Under the pieces are notes generated by a model. That model did not search any database, was not told where the DNA came from, and saw nothing but the letters and a program-made list of their open reading frames with translations. The translations under genes and the position numbers were made by a program. A DNA stretch of 64,000 bases from Squalus acanthias. Its lineage: Eukaryota. Below, one piece after another: positions 12,366 to 25,613 of the stretch; the first letter of the stretch is position 1, and every line of letters starts with the position of its first letter. The stretch is from positions 30,258,001-30,322,000 of the forward strand of contig CM059432.1 in NCBI GenBank assembly GCA_030390025.1, read 5' to 3'.

Positions 12366-13229
12366 GGAACAAGCACTGTTTTAAATTTAAATTTAATTCA
12401 ACAAATCTTCTGATACTTACGATCACAATCATTATTGTTGCAATAATGGTGTTTTTGTGGATTTCAATTATAAATAATTGTGAGACGAGGCATTTTCCAG
12501 TCAATTAATTTCTATTCACGCATGGTAAAACTGAAAGGTAAATTGACTGTGTGAGGCAGCACATGAGTAACAGAGTCTTATTTACAGAGACGTGCTTGCA
12601 GTGGGAAGCCGGAAATTAGCCAGTGCAAAGATAGAAGGGACAAGGACAATGTTCATGGCAGCTTGCATTGCGGAGAGCTGTCAACTGCTACTAGAACCAA
12701 GGGGATAGATTTTCACCAGAGCAGAATCTAAGCAGATGGACGACAAAGGTGCCGGCCAGTCTGCCGGTCGTCACGCAGTTTCCTTCACAAGGCATTGGCG
12801 CCTGACATTCCCTGACCCCCTTGGCTCTCCCAGTGCGTCTTGCACTACATGCTAGGACTGACACACAAAACATTGCAGCAGCTGAAGGAACAGGGAAGTG
12901 CCTGAAGCAACCTGAAACAGATGAAACCAGCAATATTGACCCCATATTGCCTGTCTGCCACTGTCAAATTCTTCCTCTAGGTCTATCTATGGCCCCCGAT
13001 ATTAATCTGAAAGCAGCTTCTAAGCGGGAGGGGTGGAATTGCGTGGGCAAAATCTGGAAGTCAACTCAGCGGGTCGGAATCTGCGATCGCAACTGAACTG
13101 AAGCAATTAACTTTGACTTCTGGGTTTCTTGTCTGCAAGCTGCGCATCGGGCGTGATGCACATCCGCATGGCGCGATCTCAGCTGTATTTAAAGGGACAT
13201 TGTGCAGATGGAAATTGGAGGTGTTCACG

Positions 13230-14130
13230 ATGGATAGTGCACATAGAGCAAGGATAGCACCCAGATTTAATGATGCTTCACTGGAGTTGCTGCTGGGTGC
13301 AGTCAGGAGCAGGTGGGCACACCTTTCTCCAACAGTGAGAGGAAGAAACCTGCGGCCCCCACCAAGAAGGCATGGTTGGAGGTAGCTGAGGAGGTGAGCA
13401 ATAGGAGTGTTTTGCCCAGGTCTTGGATGCAATGTAGGAAGTGGTTTAATGACCTAACAGGTCAGGAAAAGTGAATATATTTGCAGATTCACCTACATCC
13501 AGTGGTTTAAGCCCTGCCCCCTTTCACTCTGTCTTGCCAAGCATACTCCATTACATCACTCCTCACACCCACTCAACTTTGAGCAGCACCCAGCCTTCAC
13601 TCTCTGTGCACTTTATCACCTCCCCATTTATCCATCCACCGTTGCCACTCACCCCAATCCTTATGCAATGTAATGCATCTGTCTCCTAGTCACCTTCACT
13701 GAATACACTTCATCCATTGGGCGAATACCTGAACTTCACTCACTTACAGGTCTGTTTTTTCACCCCTTGTAGGAGAAGAGAGTGCAAAACACAAGGAGAG
13801 GGAGAGGATTGGAGGTGGGCTGCCTCAAATAGTCAAGCTAACATATGCAGAGGAGGAGGCCCTGGATATAAGTGATACATCTGCGTCCCTCTCAGTCGGA
13901 GATGGAGAGTCAGTGGAGCTCGCAGATAGCCGGTGACAGAAATACAAATATCTCTGACCATATATGCTGACTGAACTATGAGAACACAAGATTGTGACTT
14001 TGCCACGATTAAATCATCTCTCTTTCTTTTGACTTCCAGGGCCTTCATGCATACAGCAAGTGTTGCAGGACATGCATGAGGACGATTCCTCAGAAAACCT
14101 CATTCCTTCTGAGGGTGCACTGTCACAGGA
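13230..14130 (+). pseudogene. Harbinger D Myb/SANT-like gene, exon 3 truncated
   Basis: MDSAHRARIAPRFNDASLELLLGAV...WMQCRKWFNDL. Donor at 13471, acceptor at 13772, second intron 13933-14039. Confidence 0.8.
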
Positions 14131-15501
14131 CTAGGTGAACCTTTGCGCGATTAGATCATCCATGGCATCCCGGGCAGCAGTGTAAACAGCTGGTCTGGCG
14201 ATGGGTGCCCCATCTTCATCATCCTCTTCCTCCTCTATGTTCTCCTCATCCAACCTCCTCCACCTGCAATCCTCTCTGCTGCGCAATGTTGTGCAGGATG
14301 CAGTGGATCACTATTATTCTGGACACCTTCGCTGGTGAGTACTGAAGGGCGTCTCCAGAACTATCTAGGCACCTGAAGTGCATCTTCAACATTCCGATGG
14401 CTTGCTCTATGACACACCTGGTGGTCAAGTGGTTCTTGTTGTAGCAGTTCTGTGCCTCATTGGTGGGGTTCCTCACAGGTATCATGAGCCAAGTTTGAAG
14501 TGGATATCCCTTGTCTCCTATGAGCCAGGCCTTAAGTCTGCCTCCTGAAATGGAAAGGCCTGAGATGTTGGACTACCAGTATGATTGCATCCTGACAGCT
14601 CCAGGGAATTTGGCGCAGACCTGCATGAAACTTTTCTTGTTGTTGCACATCAGCTGCGCATTGATAGACGAATATCCCTTATGGTTTATAAAAACTCCTT
14701 GTTGCTGTGCTGGTGTTCAGATTGCCACGGGTGTGCAATCGATAGCACTCTGTACCTGTGGGAATCCAGCTGGAGAAGCGAATCGAGTGCCCACTCATTC
14801 TGGCTATTGTCATCACAGGGAAAGGTTACATAACTCCCAGCCCTGACAAACAATCCATCCATCACCTGCCTCATTTACAGTGAACTGCAAGACCATCAAG
14901 ATGTCTCCAATAGTGCCTTGAAAGGAACCAGAGCCAAAAAATTGAGGGCAGTGGTGAAATTCTCAGTCACTGGTAATGCGAGTCTGCCAGGTGCAGCAGG
15001 TAGCAGGGCTTCTTCGAGGAGGCTCCAGATATCTGCCACTACCTGATGCGACAACCTCAGCCTGCAGAAGCACTGCTCTTCTGAGAGGTCAAGGAAGCTG
15101 AGCCTCTGTCTATAAACCCTGTGATGTGGGTAGCGATTCCTGTGACCTCGGCCGCTCTCCTGTGCACCTCCCTCATGTGCACCTCTCTCGTGTGCACCTC
15201 CCTCCTGTGCACCTCTCTCCTTTGCACATCTCTCCTGTGCACCTCCCTCCTGTGCACCTCTCTCCTTTGCACATCTCTCCTGTGCACCTCTCTCCTGTGC
15301 ACCTCTCTCCTGTGCACCTCCCTCCTGTGCACCTCTCTCCTGTGCACCTCTCTCCTGTGCACCTCTCTCCTGTGCACCTCCCTCCTATGCACCTGTCTCC
15401 TGTGCATGTGTTGATCCCACCACACCACGTCACCGCTGCCATGGATGGTGATGGTCTTCCTCTTCTGATGTGCTGTCAAACACATCCAAGGCATGTCCCA
15501 T
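14131..15501 (-). pseudogene. Harbinger D transposase with stops and frameshifts
   Basis: RYPHHRVYRQRLSFLDLSEEQC, a GDKGYP motif and IEQAIGMLKMHFRCLDSSG. Confidence 0.88.
15155..15406. repeat. 15-bp minisatellite (CTCTCCTGTGCACCT), about 17 units
   Basis: Directly visible tandem array inside the transposase N-terminus. Confidence 0.95.
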
Positions 15502-16004
15502 CCTGATCTTGTCAGTTTGAAAATCTCCAAAGTTTAGAAAAAGCTGTATCCACACAATAACTCTCTGCCAAACATTTGCCAGAGGGAACTGAGACACCAG
15601 CTGTAACAAGTGAGTTTTTATTCAGTTGGGGCAATCACAAGTTTAAATACCTACCTGAACTGCCGCTCAATCTCGCCTCTGTTTCACTGGTAATATTCCC
15701 GAGCCCCGGGAAACCCGTGCTGAGGACGTTAAATTTAAACCTAAGTAAAATTCAATTTAAAAACATCTCATTAATGTCTCCTAAGGACGTTAATTGGTGC
15801 AATAAGTACCCGTTTGCCTGCACTAATTAAAGCGCTGACTTCGGCGAGTAGGCTACTCGCAGACATCCAAACGCACCTCCGTTAAGTCCAGAAGTGGGAG
15901 CGTCAGAGCCGAGTTACGGTCACGATCCAAAAAATCAATTATTTTAACTACCCACAAGCCCCCAACCCATCTGTTCTTGGGAGTTAAAATCTCCCCCATA
16001 TGTC

Positions 16005-18762
16005 ATAGAGTCATCATACGCCACAGAGGAGGCCATTCGGACCATCGAGTCCGTGCCGGCTCTCTGTAGAGCAAACCAGTCAGTCCCATTCCCCTGCTCT
16101 ATCCCCGTAGGCCTGCAAGTTTATTTCCCTCAAGTGCCTATCCAGTTTCCCCTTGAAAACATTGAGTGTCTCCGCTTCCACCACTTCTGTCGGCAGCAAA
16201 TTCCAGGTCATCACCACTCGCTGCGTAAAAGGTTTTCCTCACATCCCCCCAGTATCTCTTGCTGAAAACCTTAAATCTGTGTCCCCTAGTCCTTGTACCA
16301 TCAACTAGTGGGAACAGCCTTTCCCCGTCTAGCCTATCCAAACCCTTCATAATCTTGTACACCTCTATCAAATCACCCCTCAACCTCCTTTCTCTAATGA
16401 AAACAAATCCAGCTTCTCCAACCTGTCCTTGTAGCTAAGATCCCCATCCCCGGAACCATTCTGATAAATCTCCTCTGCACCCTCTCAAGGGCCTTCACAT
16501 CCTTCTTAAAGTGTGGTGACCAGAACTAGACACAATGGCCCGGATATTCCGATCCCTACTGTGCACACACCCGTAGGGACATCGGAAATGCTGGCTTCAG
16601 GCATGCACAGCGCATGTGCTGAAAACCGGCATTTCCGATCTGTCAAGAATGGTCTTGACAGATCCTCCGGCTGCCCTGGAGAAGGGCCTCTGCGGGCGGA
16701 TAGTTCCGCTTTTTGGAGACCCTCCGCCCGCAGAAAACCCTTACAATTCTTACGCCTTTACCAGGATAAGAGTTGAAAAAAAGTTAAAAAATTTTTTCAC
16801 TGATTTATCATTTAAAAATAGGTAAGTTTATTTTTAGCCCTGTAAAATACTTTAATTGTTTTTTTCAAATTTTTTTATGTTTGTTTAAAATACTTCCCCA
16901 TGGCCCACGTGATCCCAGGGATGCTGCGAACTACATGCGCCTCTGGGATACGTTTAGAAGTTCCACTCTAGATTGTTCCTTGCTCCTCTCCATTGCTAAT
17001 CCAAATCTTATGATACGATGATCACTCGTACCCAAGTGTTTTCTCACAGACACTTGGTCGACCTAGCCCACCTCATTCCCCAGCACCAGATCCAGCAATG
17101 CCTCCTTCCTAGTTGGGCCAAGAACATATTGGTCAAGGAAATTCTCCTGAACACATTTCAGAAATTCCTCCCCCTCCTTTCCCTTTACCCTAGCATTATC
17201 CCAATCGATATTTGGGCAATTAAAGTCCCCCAATATCACCACTCTATAGCTCTTGCATATCTCTGTGATATCTCTGTGATATCCCTGCAGATTTGCTCCT
17301 GTACCTCCCTCTCACTATTTGGAGGCCGATAGAATACCCTCAATCGGGTGATCATACCCTTTTCACTCCTCAACTCTAACCAAATGGATTCTGTCCTTGG
17401 CCCCTCAAGAACATCCTCCCTTTCCAACACTACAATGTCTTCCTTAATCAGCACTGCCACTCCACCTCCCTTTTTTCCTTCCCTATCTTTTCTGAACATC
17501 TTGTAACCTTGAATATTAAGTGCCCAGTCCTCACTGTTTTTAAGCCACGTTTCCGTTATTGCCACAACATCATATTGCCACACGGCTAATTGTGCTTATA
17601 GCTCACCAACCTTATTCACCACACTTTGTGTGTTTACGTATATGCATTTTAAACAAATTTTTGAATTTTTCGTAGTCTTTCTTAGTCTACTCCTATCTAA
17701 TATGGTACTACTTCCGCCTCTAGTGCTGTTTCTTCTCTAGTACTATCCAACACACTCACTCTTCTATGCACCTTATTCCTCTTTTCTACTCCTATATACT
17801 GGTGCCCATCCCCCTGCCAAGCTAGTTTAAACCCTTCCGAACAGCACCAGCAAACCTCCCCACGAGAATATTGGTCCCGGCTCTGTTGAGGTGTAACCCG
17901 TCCGGCTTGTACAGGTCCCCCCTTCCCCAGAAACAGTCCCAATGCCTCAGGAATCTAAAGCCCTCCCTCCTGCACCATCTCTCCAGCCACGCATTTATCT
18001 GTTCTATCCTCCTATTCCTGTACTCACTAGCACGTGGCACCGGGAGTAATCCGGAGATTACTACCTTTGAGGTCCTGCTTTTTAATCTCTCTCCTAGCTC
18101 CCTAAACTCTGCCTGCAGGACCTCATCCCTCTTTCTGCCTATGTATTTGGCACCGATATGGACAACGAGCTCTGGCTGTTCACCCTCCCCCCTCAGAGTG
18201 TCCTGCAGCTGCTCAGTGACATCCTTGACCCTGGCACCAGGGAGGCAACATACCATCCTGGAGTCACGTCTGTGGCTGCAGAAACGCCTACTGCTCTCTA
18301 ACTATCGAATCCCCTACCACTATTACTCTTCCACTCTTTTTCCTCCCCCGCTGTGCAGCTGAGCTACCCGTGGTGCCGTGGACTTGACTCTGGCTGCACT
18401 CCCCAGAGGAACCATCGCCGGCACCAGTACTCAGAACAGAATACTTGTTGGAGAGCGCGATGCACTCCGGGGACTCCTGCACTACCTGCCTGGTTCTCCT
18501 CTTCTGTCTGGTGGTCACCCATTCCCTCGCTGCCTGCATACTCTTAAGCTGCGGGGTGACCATCTCTAGAAACGTGCTATCCATGTTACTCTCAGCCTCG
18601 CGGATGTAACGCAATGACTCCAGCCGCCGCTCAAGCTCTGAAACTAGGAGCTCAAGTTGCTGTAGCTGGTGACACTTCCTGCACATGTGGTCGTCCGGGC
18701 TACGCAAAGTGTTCAGGATTTCCCACATGGCACAGGATGTGCACTCCATGGGACTGAGGATG
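16005..18762 (-). mobile_element. CR1 LINE, internally deleted: ORF1 (Cys-rich, coiled coil, SGNH esterase), endonuclease fragment and 3' end
   Basis: CTSCAMW...CRKCHQLQQLE; VVGDSIVR...DGLHLN; VAITETWL...GGGVA...YRPP; RGDLIEVYKIMKG. Confidence 0.9.
16537..16953. mobile_element. Harbinger-type MITE, truncated, related to 41873-42639
   Basis: Begins GGCCCGGATATT. Shares the internal hairpin, the AT-rich core and CATGGCCCACGTGATCCCAGGG with the other copy. Confidence 0.7.
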
Positions 18763-19299
18763 GAAAAGGCTCTGTGTTTATATAGCAACTTATTACATTG
18801 AAGCATTGAAGTCAACTGTATTGAATCGCAAAGTGAATTTGTACAATCTCACATCAAGAGGAATGGAATTTACCTAATCAGGCATGTAAGGTCAACTATA
18901 TTGGGTCCCTTTTACTTATTAAGAAATACTGTCACAGTTTTGATCCCTTCCACCTTAGATGGGCCTGTTCCTTTTGTAGAAATGGTGATGACTATGAACA
19001 ATACCATTTCGGTTATCCTGCTTTGACTTGGCCATTATCATTATCAGTCACCCAGCAGTGTCACAACTTCATAAACTGAGTACAGGTGATATAAAATGCT
19101 CCAGATTGACAGCATGTGCTGTCCTATTCTTCAGGCTCACTAAATCCTTTCAATGCCATTTAAATTAATTAGTCACACTTCCATGCGTCAATCTGGCCTC
19201 CAAAATATTGTCATTCCTTTTTTAATTGCATTCATTCAGTTACATTCTTGTTATTTCTGCTCTTTCTCTCCCAAATTTGATCCGATTTCCTTCTCCACC

Positions 19300-19534
19300 C
19301 TGAAGGAGGTGATTAAGTCACAAAGGCACTGATGACCTTCCGTTGCTTCGCCCAATATATGAACATGTCTGAACCTAGCCACTGAATATTAGCAGGCCAT
19401 TCAGCTGTTAGGAGCGTTGCAAACATGCCAAATCCAGTCCTTACTTGGCATCATACATGTATACTCCCAAACAAGGGTCACTCTACAGTGATCAGGTTTG
19501 ACAAGTCTGGCTGGTGTTTCCTCTCTTTACCTAT
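19300..19534 (-). mobile_element. Old SINE-like repeat split by the RTE; the other part is at about 26851-26977
   Basis: The two RTE flanks appear to join into one tRNA-headed repeat (head ...AGCTCAATTGGTAAATG on minus). Recognised from memory only. Confidence 0.4.
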
Positions 19535-22281
19535 CTTCTTCTTTTTAGGCAGTCCCTCGGAACCGAGGATGACTTGCTTCCACAATAAAAATGAGTTCTC
19601 AGGTGACTGATGAGTCCAATGCGGGACCTACAGTCTCTGTCACAGGTGGGGCAGACGGTGGTTGAAGGGGCGGGTGGGTGGGGTGCTTGGGTTGATGTGC
19701 GCTCCTTCCGTTTTTTGCGCTTGGCTTCCGCTTGCTCCCGGTGAAGAGACTAGAGGTGTTCGGCGCCTTCCCGGATGCTTCTCCTCCACTTTGTGCGGTC
19801 TTGGGCCAGGGATTCCCAGGTGTCGGTGGGATGTTGCACCTTTTCAAGGAGGCTTCGAGGGTGCCCTTGAAGCATTTCCTCTGCCCACCTGGGGCTCTCT
19901 TGCCTTGTCGGAGCTCCGAGTAGAGCGCTTGTTTTGGGAGTCTCGTATCGGGCATGCGGACGATGTGGCCTGTCCATCGGAGCTGATTGGGCGTGGTCAA
20001 AGCTTCGATGCTGGGGATGTTGGCCTGAGCGAGAACACTGATGTTGGTGCGCCTATCCTGCCAATGGATGTGCAGGATCTTGCAGAGGCAGCGTTGGTGG
20101 TACCTCTCCAGTGCTTTGAGGTGCCTGCTGTACATGGTCCATGTCTCTGAAGCATACAGGAGGGCGGGTATCACTACTGCTCTGTAGACCATGAGTTTGG
20201 TGCTGGGTTTGAGATCCTGGTCTTCAAACACTCTCTTCCTCAGGCGACTGAAGGCTGCACTGGCACACTGAAGGCGGTGTTGGACTTCGTCATCGACGTC
20301 TGCCCTTGTTGACAGTAGGCTCCCGAGGTATGGAAAGTGGTCCACGTTGTCCAAGGCCTTGTCATAGATTTTGATAATCGGGGAGCAGTACTGTGTGGCG
20401 GGGGCTGGTTGGTAGAGGACCTTTGTCTTACGGATGTTTAGTGTAAGGCCCATGCTCTCGTACGCTTCGGTGAAGGTGTTGACGATGGTTTGGAGTTCGG
20501 CCTCAGAGTGTGCGCAGTCACAAGCGTCGTCTGCATACTGTAATTCAACGACAGAGGATGGGACGACCTTGGATCTGGACTGGAGGTGACGGAGTTTGAA
20601 CAGTTTCCCGTTTGTTCTGTAGATTAGCTCCACTCCAGCGGGGAGCTTACTGAGGGTGAGATGGAACATTGCAGCCAGGAAGATCGAGAAGAGCGTTGGT
20701 GCGATGACACAGCCTTGCTTGACCCCGGTCCATACGTGAATTGGGTCTGTGGCGGATCCGTTGGTCAGGATCACGGCTTGCATGTCGTCGTGAAGCAGGC
20801 GGAGGATGGTGACAAACTTTTGAGGGCAGCCGAATTTGAGGAGGACACTCCATAATCCCTCATGGTTGACGGTGTCGAAGGCCTTTGTGAGATCAAAGAA
20901 GGCCATGTACAGCGGTTGGTGCTGTTCCCTGCATTTCTCTTGTAGTTGACGCACGGTGAAGATGATGTCCATTGTGCCCCTTAGTGGGCGGAATCCGCAT
21001 TGCGACTCTGGGAGGAGCTCACAGCCACTGGGAGAAGGCGATTGAGGAGGATTCTTGCGATGACTTTCCCTGTGGCAGACAGCAGGGAGACTCCTCTATA
21101 ATTACCGCAATCGGACTTGTCACCTTTCTTGAAGATGGTCACGATTACGGTGTCTCTGAGATCCCCTGGCATGCTCTCCTCCTTCCAAATAAGAGAAATG
21201 AGTTCATGTATTCGCGCCAATAGTGCTCCTCCGCCATGTTTTAGAGCCTCGGCAGGGATTCCATCTGCTCCTGAGGCCTTGTTTTTCTTCAGTTGTCAGA
21301 TGGCCTTTTCAACCTCATGCTGGGCTAGAGTTGTGCTGAGGTGGTGGCAGGTAGCATGCTGCAGGATGGAGTTGAGGACACTCACGTCGAAGACAGAGTC
21401 TCGGTTAAGGAGATCTTCGAAGTGCTCCTTCCAGCGGGCACTGACTGCCTCTCTGTCCTTTGATGAGTATATCTCCATTCTTGGCCCGCAGTGGGGTAGG
21501 ACCTTGGGTGCTTGGGCCGAAGGTGGTCTTGACTGCGCTAAAGAATCCACACACGTCGTGGTTGTCGGCTAGCTGCTGGATCTCCTGCGCTTTCTCCACC
21601 CACCATCTGTTCTTTAGGTTGCGAGATTTTTGTTGGACCTCGGCCTTCAGGCGTCTGTAGAGCTGCTTTCTTGCTCTCGAGTTCTGTTGCTGTTTCCAGA
21701 TCAGGAATGCCTTGCGCTTGCGGCTTATTAGCTCCTGGATCTCCTGGTCATTCTTGTCGAACCAGTCTTGGGGGTAAAAATTCACTTGGTTGCGCCTCCC
21801 GTTAGCGCCTTAAGAGGGCGCTAATGGGGCGTTAAGCCGCTAACGCCCGGGTGCAGCGATGTTTGCGCCGCTCGAGAACTTAACTTGAGATTGTGCGGCG
21901 GCGCTAAAACTTACCGCTGCGACCACCTGCGCGCGCAGATTATGACGTCATTCCATGGTGCAACGCCCTTGGGGCGCCCCGGAGCGGAAATTCAGTGGCG
22001 CCCCCTGCCTTACCGCCTGGCGCTTCCAACGACCGGAAGACTGGAACGCTATCAATCGGTGTGGGGCTGGGGGGGGCGCTATTTAAAGGGGGCCTCTTCC
22101 TGTCTTTTTCTGTGGTCGACATTTATGCACCACTCGTTCTGAGAGAGAGAGAGAGATTCGGAGAGATTCGGAGAGAGACTTCTACATTGACTCAACGCTT
22201 TGTGAGGTAGTTTTGCCTATTCATCCTAACTTTGTTGCTACTTTAGTTGCTGTACCTCATTACTTTTCTGGCAAAGAGAAT

Positions 22282-23442
22282 ATGGGGGCTGCACTGATTG
22301 GGGCCATCGTCCTGCTCCAGCTGAATCGGAGGATACAGAGACGCAGACAGAGAGTGGCAATGATGGCCAGACGGAGGAGGGCCATCAGGCGCATGTACAG
22401 GAGAGCTTACCCTCCCAGGGTATATCGTGAACAGCTCTCCTACATCCATATGTCCGAGGAGCTGTGTTTGCGAAGGCTGCGATTCAGCAAGGAGGTGGTC
22501 ACTGAGCTCTGCCACCTGCTGCAGCCAGATCTGCAGCCTCAGCTGAGGTCCAGGACGTCTCTGTCGGTGGCAGTGAAGGTCACAGTGGCTTTGAACTTCT
22601 ACGCCACTGGCTCATTCCAAGCTGCTGTTGGGGACCTCGCCAATATCTCCCAGTTCGCGGTGCATCGCTGCATCCGGCAGGTCACCAATGCCCTCTTCAG
22701 AAGGAGACGAGAGTTCATCTCTTTCCCTATGACCCCAGACAAGCAGCGTGACCGTGCTCTGGGCTTTGCGAGGGTAGCGGGCTTCACCATGGTGCAGGGC
22801 GCCATTGACTGCACGCATGTGGCTTTGCGTGCTCCGCGAGAGAATGCAGAGGAATTCAGGAACAGAAAAGGGTTCCATTCCTTGAATGTCCAGTTGGTCT
22901 GTGACCACAGACAGGTGATACTCGCTGTTAATGCCCACTATCCGGGCAGCTGCCACGATGCTTTCATCCTGCGCCAGACTACTGTGGCAGAAGTTTTCGA
23001 GGCACCGCATCAGCCAGTTCGTTGGCTTCTCAGGGACAAGGGGTACGCATTGAGCACCTGGCTGATGACACCGCTCCGTACGCCAAACACCCCTGCTGAG
23101 CTGCGGTACAATGAAAGCCATCAAGCAACCAGGAACATTATTGAGCGCACAATCGGCGTGCTGAAACAACGGTTCCGCGGTCTGGACCATTCCGGAGGAG
23201 CCCTGCAGTACTTGCCTGAGCAAGTTTCGAACTTCGTAGTCGTGTGCTGCATGTTGCACAACATGGCAATCCTCAGGACCCAGCCAATGCCACCAGGCCT
23301 TGTAGCACCACCAGAGGAGGAGGAAGAAGAGGAGGAAGAGGACGAGGACGATGATCATCAGCAGCACCAAGGCGGGAGGGCGGCCCACAATGGTCAAACT
23401 GCAAGGGCCGTCCGTCAACGGCTAATAGCAAGCCGCTTCTAG
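22282..23442 (+). CDS. Harbinger DDE transposase, 386 aa from the first ATG
   Basis: Uninterrupted ORF with GAIDCTHV, PGSCHDAF, LLRDKGY and [12 protein letters not shown], plus an acidic tail. Confidence 0.95.
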   Translation: MGAALIGAIVLLQLNRRIQRRRQRVAMMARRRRAIRRMYRRAYPPRVYREQLSYIHMSEELCLRRLRFSKEVVTELCHLLQPDLQPQLRSRTSLSVAVKVTVALNFYATGSFQAAVGDLANISQFAVHRCIRQVTNALFRRRREFISFPMTPDKQRDRALGFARVAGFTMVQGAIDCTHVALRAPRENAEEFRNRKGFHSLNVQLVCDHRQVILAVNAHYPGSCHDAFILRQTTVAEVFEAPHQPVRWLLRDKGYALSTWLMTPLRTPNTPAELRYNESHQATRNIIERTIGVLKQRFRGLDHSGGALQYLPEQVSNFVVVCCMLHNMAILRTQPMPPGLVAPPEEEEEEEEEDEDDDHQQHQGGRAAHNGQTARAVRQRLIASRF

Positions 23443-23736
23443 GGCCCCTGCCATTGCTACAAACATTAATCAACCCAGCACGCAACCCCTAAGCCGGCCA
23501 AGGCACCAATAATTCCAACCACCAGCCATGTATATTTTGAATACAGAAACTTATTTATTTTACAAACTCTGTGTGTGTCAATTCCTCATGACAAACTCAT
23601 AGAAATAAACACAAAAAAACAGTCAATAACATAACTGGTTCTCACAACCTGGAGATAATGTCCAAAACACTAAACAAAAGTTGGACCATGAACCTCGGCC
23701 TTTAATAAAAAAATGACCAGCATTTTGTCACACCTC

Positions 23737-25613
23737 CTACTTTTTGCCCTTCGAGGGTGATCTCCTTCCCTTGCGCACTTCCCCCCTTCTAACCCTACTG
23801 CTCCTCCGTAATGGGACCTCAGTGGCTGCAGCAAGGCTGGTGGAAGGCTGCTGCTCGTCAGACCCTGACACTGCAGATGCCCCTGAAGGACGGCCTCGAC
23901 CACTTCTGGGCCTGGAGGGCCCGGCTGCAGACTGCACCAACTCTGCATGGGCGGCAGCAGTCTGTCCTACAGGCGGTGGCAAGTGCAGTGGAGAAGTGAC
24001 AGTGTTGGCAGCAGGAATGCTGTCATCGTGAGAGAGGACAGCAACTCCCTGCTCGCCCGACACACTGGCACTCCCACGGGGCAGCACTTCAGCATCCGGA
24101 GCAATCTGCCGGAGAACAGATTGCTGGCCTGCTGCGGCGTGGTGACAGCCCCGGGAACATGTGCACGAACCATCGAGGTTGGCAGCAGTCTGTGCTCGCG
24201 TGGCCTCCATCTGAGTCTGTATGAGAGCAGTCAGAGGTGGGATCACGGCAGCCAGTGACTGAATTGCAGCAGTAAGCTTTAGTGTGGCATCCGCCTGTGC
24301 TACAGCGAAGTGCTCCACACTCCTTGCCAGTGACTCAATGCATTCAGGCACCCTTCCCACTGCACCCATGAGCTCAGTGTGCATGCCCACCGCCTGGGTG
24401 TTCATTTCTGCAATCAGCCGCTCCTCCTCTGCGTCCATTGCAGTAGGAGTGTCTGGCATACTCTCCCTCTGGGGAGAAGGCCCCCGTTCTTCCCTACCCC
24501 CCCCATGGCGTTGCTGCAGCCCGCTGGGTCCTGGAGCTTCACCATCATCAGCCCCTTCCCCCCTGCTCCCCTCCGGGGAAGGCGTGTTCCCAGTGTGGGC
24601 ATGGGCTTCCTCGGGAGAGGGTGGCACTGATGCTCTGGCTTCCTCTTCCTCCTCAGCTACAGCATCACTCCCAGTGGCAGCTTCAGGGCCCGTCTCCTCA
24701 GCTGGTGAATCACCATCTGAAAGCAGGGAGGTACAAGAGTGGCTTTAGCGTGAGGACAGGGTGGCAGTAAGGGAGGAATAAGTGCAGCGAGTTAGCAAGT
24801 TGTATTGAAAGTGTCAAAGGCTGGTGTTGTGAGGGACAAGTGGAAGGACAGAGGACAAAAAGGTGATGACCTTACCATTGCTGTCCACAACGGGGTCGGC
24901 GTCTCCAGTGGCGACGGGACCGATCACCCGGCTTGCCACAATCCTGTGGACGCGCTCCTCCAGATCGCTGAGGGGTTGCAGCTGAGGCCGCCCTCCACCT
25001 GACCATTGCTGCTGTCTCCAATTATGCGCCAGCTTGGCCTGTAAGAAAAAGGACAGCATCTGAGTAAATATACAACCATGGTCTTGCCTGATGTGCCTCC
25101 CATAGGTGAATAGCCCTTACAATATACAGCCATGGTCTTGCCTGATGTGCCTCCCATAGGTGAATAGCCCTTACTGTATGCAGCCATGGGTTTGCCTGAT
25201 GTGCCTCCCATAGGTGAATAGCCCTTACTGTATGCAAAGTGTGGAATGTGTGTGTGTGTTTCATGAAAGGGCCATAGGTGTTGGATGAGTGTTGTGCATT
25301 GGGGTTTTAAGACACTCTGGCCATAGAGTGAGGTTGAGATGGAGGGATGGAGAGGTATTGAGAAAAAGCCACTCACCCTGACGACCCGAGTGAGGTCGTT
25401 GAACTTTTTGCGGCATTGAGTATGGGTCCTGGGCACCATGCTCCTGGAGGAGACGCTCTGAGCCACCTCCCTCCACACTCTTCTGAACTCGTGTGGCAAA
25501 GGCCTCCTGCCACTCTCAGGGAACAGCATACATCGTCTGCGCTCCACTGCGCCAACCAGAGCATCCAAGGCCCGCTCGGTGAAGTGATGAGCGCGTTCTC
25601 TCACCCTCTCCAT
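23737..25613 (-). CDS. Myb/SANT-like DNA-binding partner protein, 459 aa; exons 25613-25377, 25038-24876, 24716-23737
   Basis: GT-AG introns join in frame (237+163+980 nt). F.ERAL.ALV...W.EVA...QCRKKFNDL motif, a central coiled-coil-like segment and a basic C-terminus. Confidence 0.88.
25073..25234. repeat. 54-bp tandem repeat x3 in Myb intron 1
   Basis: Unit CAGCCATGGTCTTGCCTGATGTGCCTCCCATAGGTGAATAGCCCTTACTGTATG. Confidence 0.95.

Larger units (their letters stand above)
12991..15998 (-). mobile_element. Harbinger family D, internally deleted and decayed
   Basis: Termini GGCCCCCGATATTAA and TTAAAATCTCCCCCA. TSD TAT. Myb-like gene on plus, transposase on minus. Confidence 0.88.

Noticed and set aside
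15057..15530. EVHRR, TSLLC and SPVHL repeat proteins
   Set aside because: They are alternative frames of the 15-bp minisatellite.
17822..18815. Stand-alone SGNH/GDSL esterase gene
   Set aside because: This is a known ORF1 domain of CR1 LINEs. It recurs three times here next to LINE endonuclease sequence.
18980..19085. Possible plus-strand exon (TTTTGTAG ... CAG|GT)
   Set aside because: All three frames contain stops.
22213..23442. Host HARBI1 or NAIF1/MSANTD genes
   Set aside because: The ORFs lie between TIRs with TSDs and are multicopy in the window, so they are transposon genes rather than domesticated single-copy genes.
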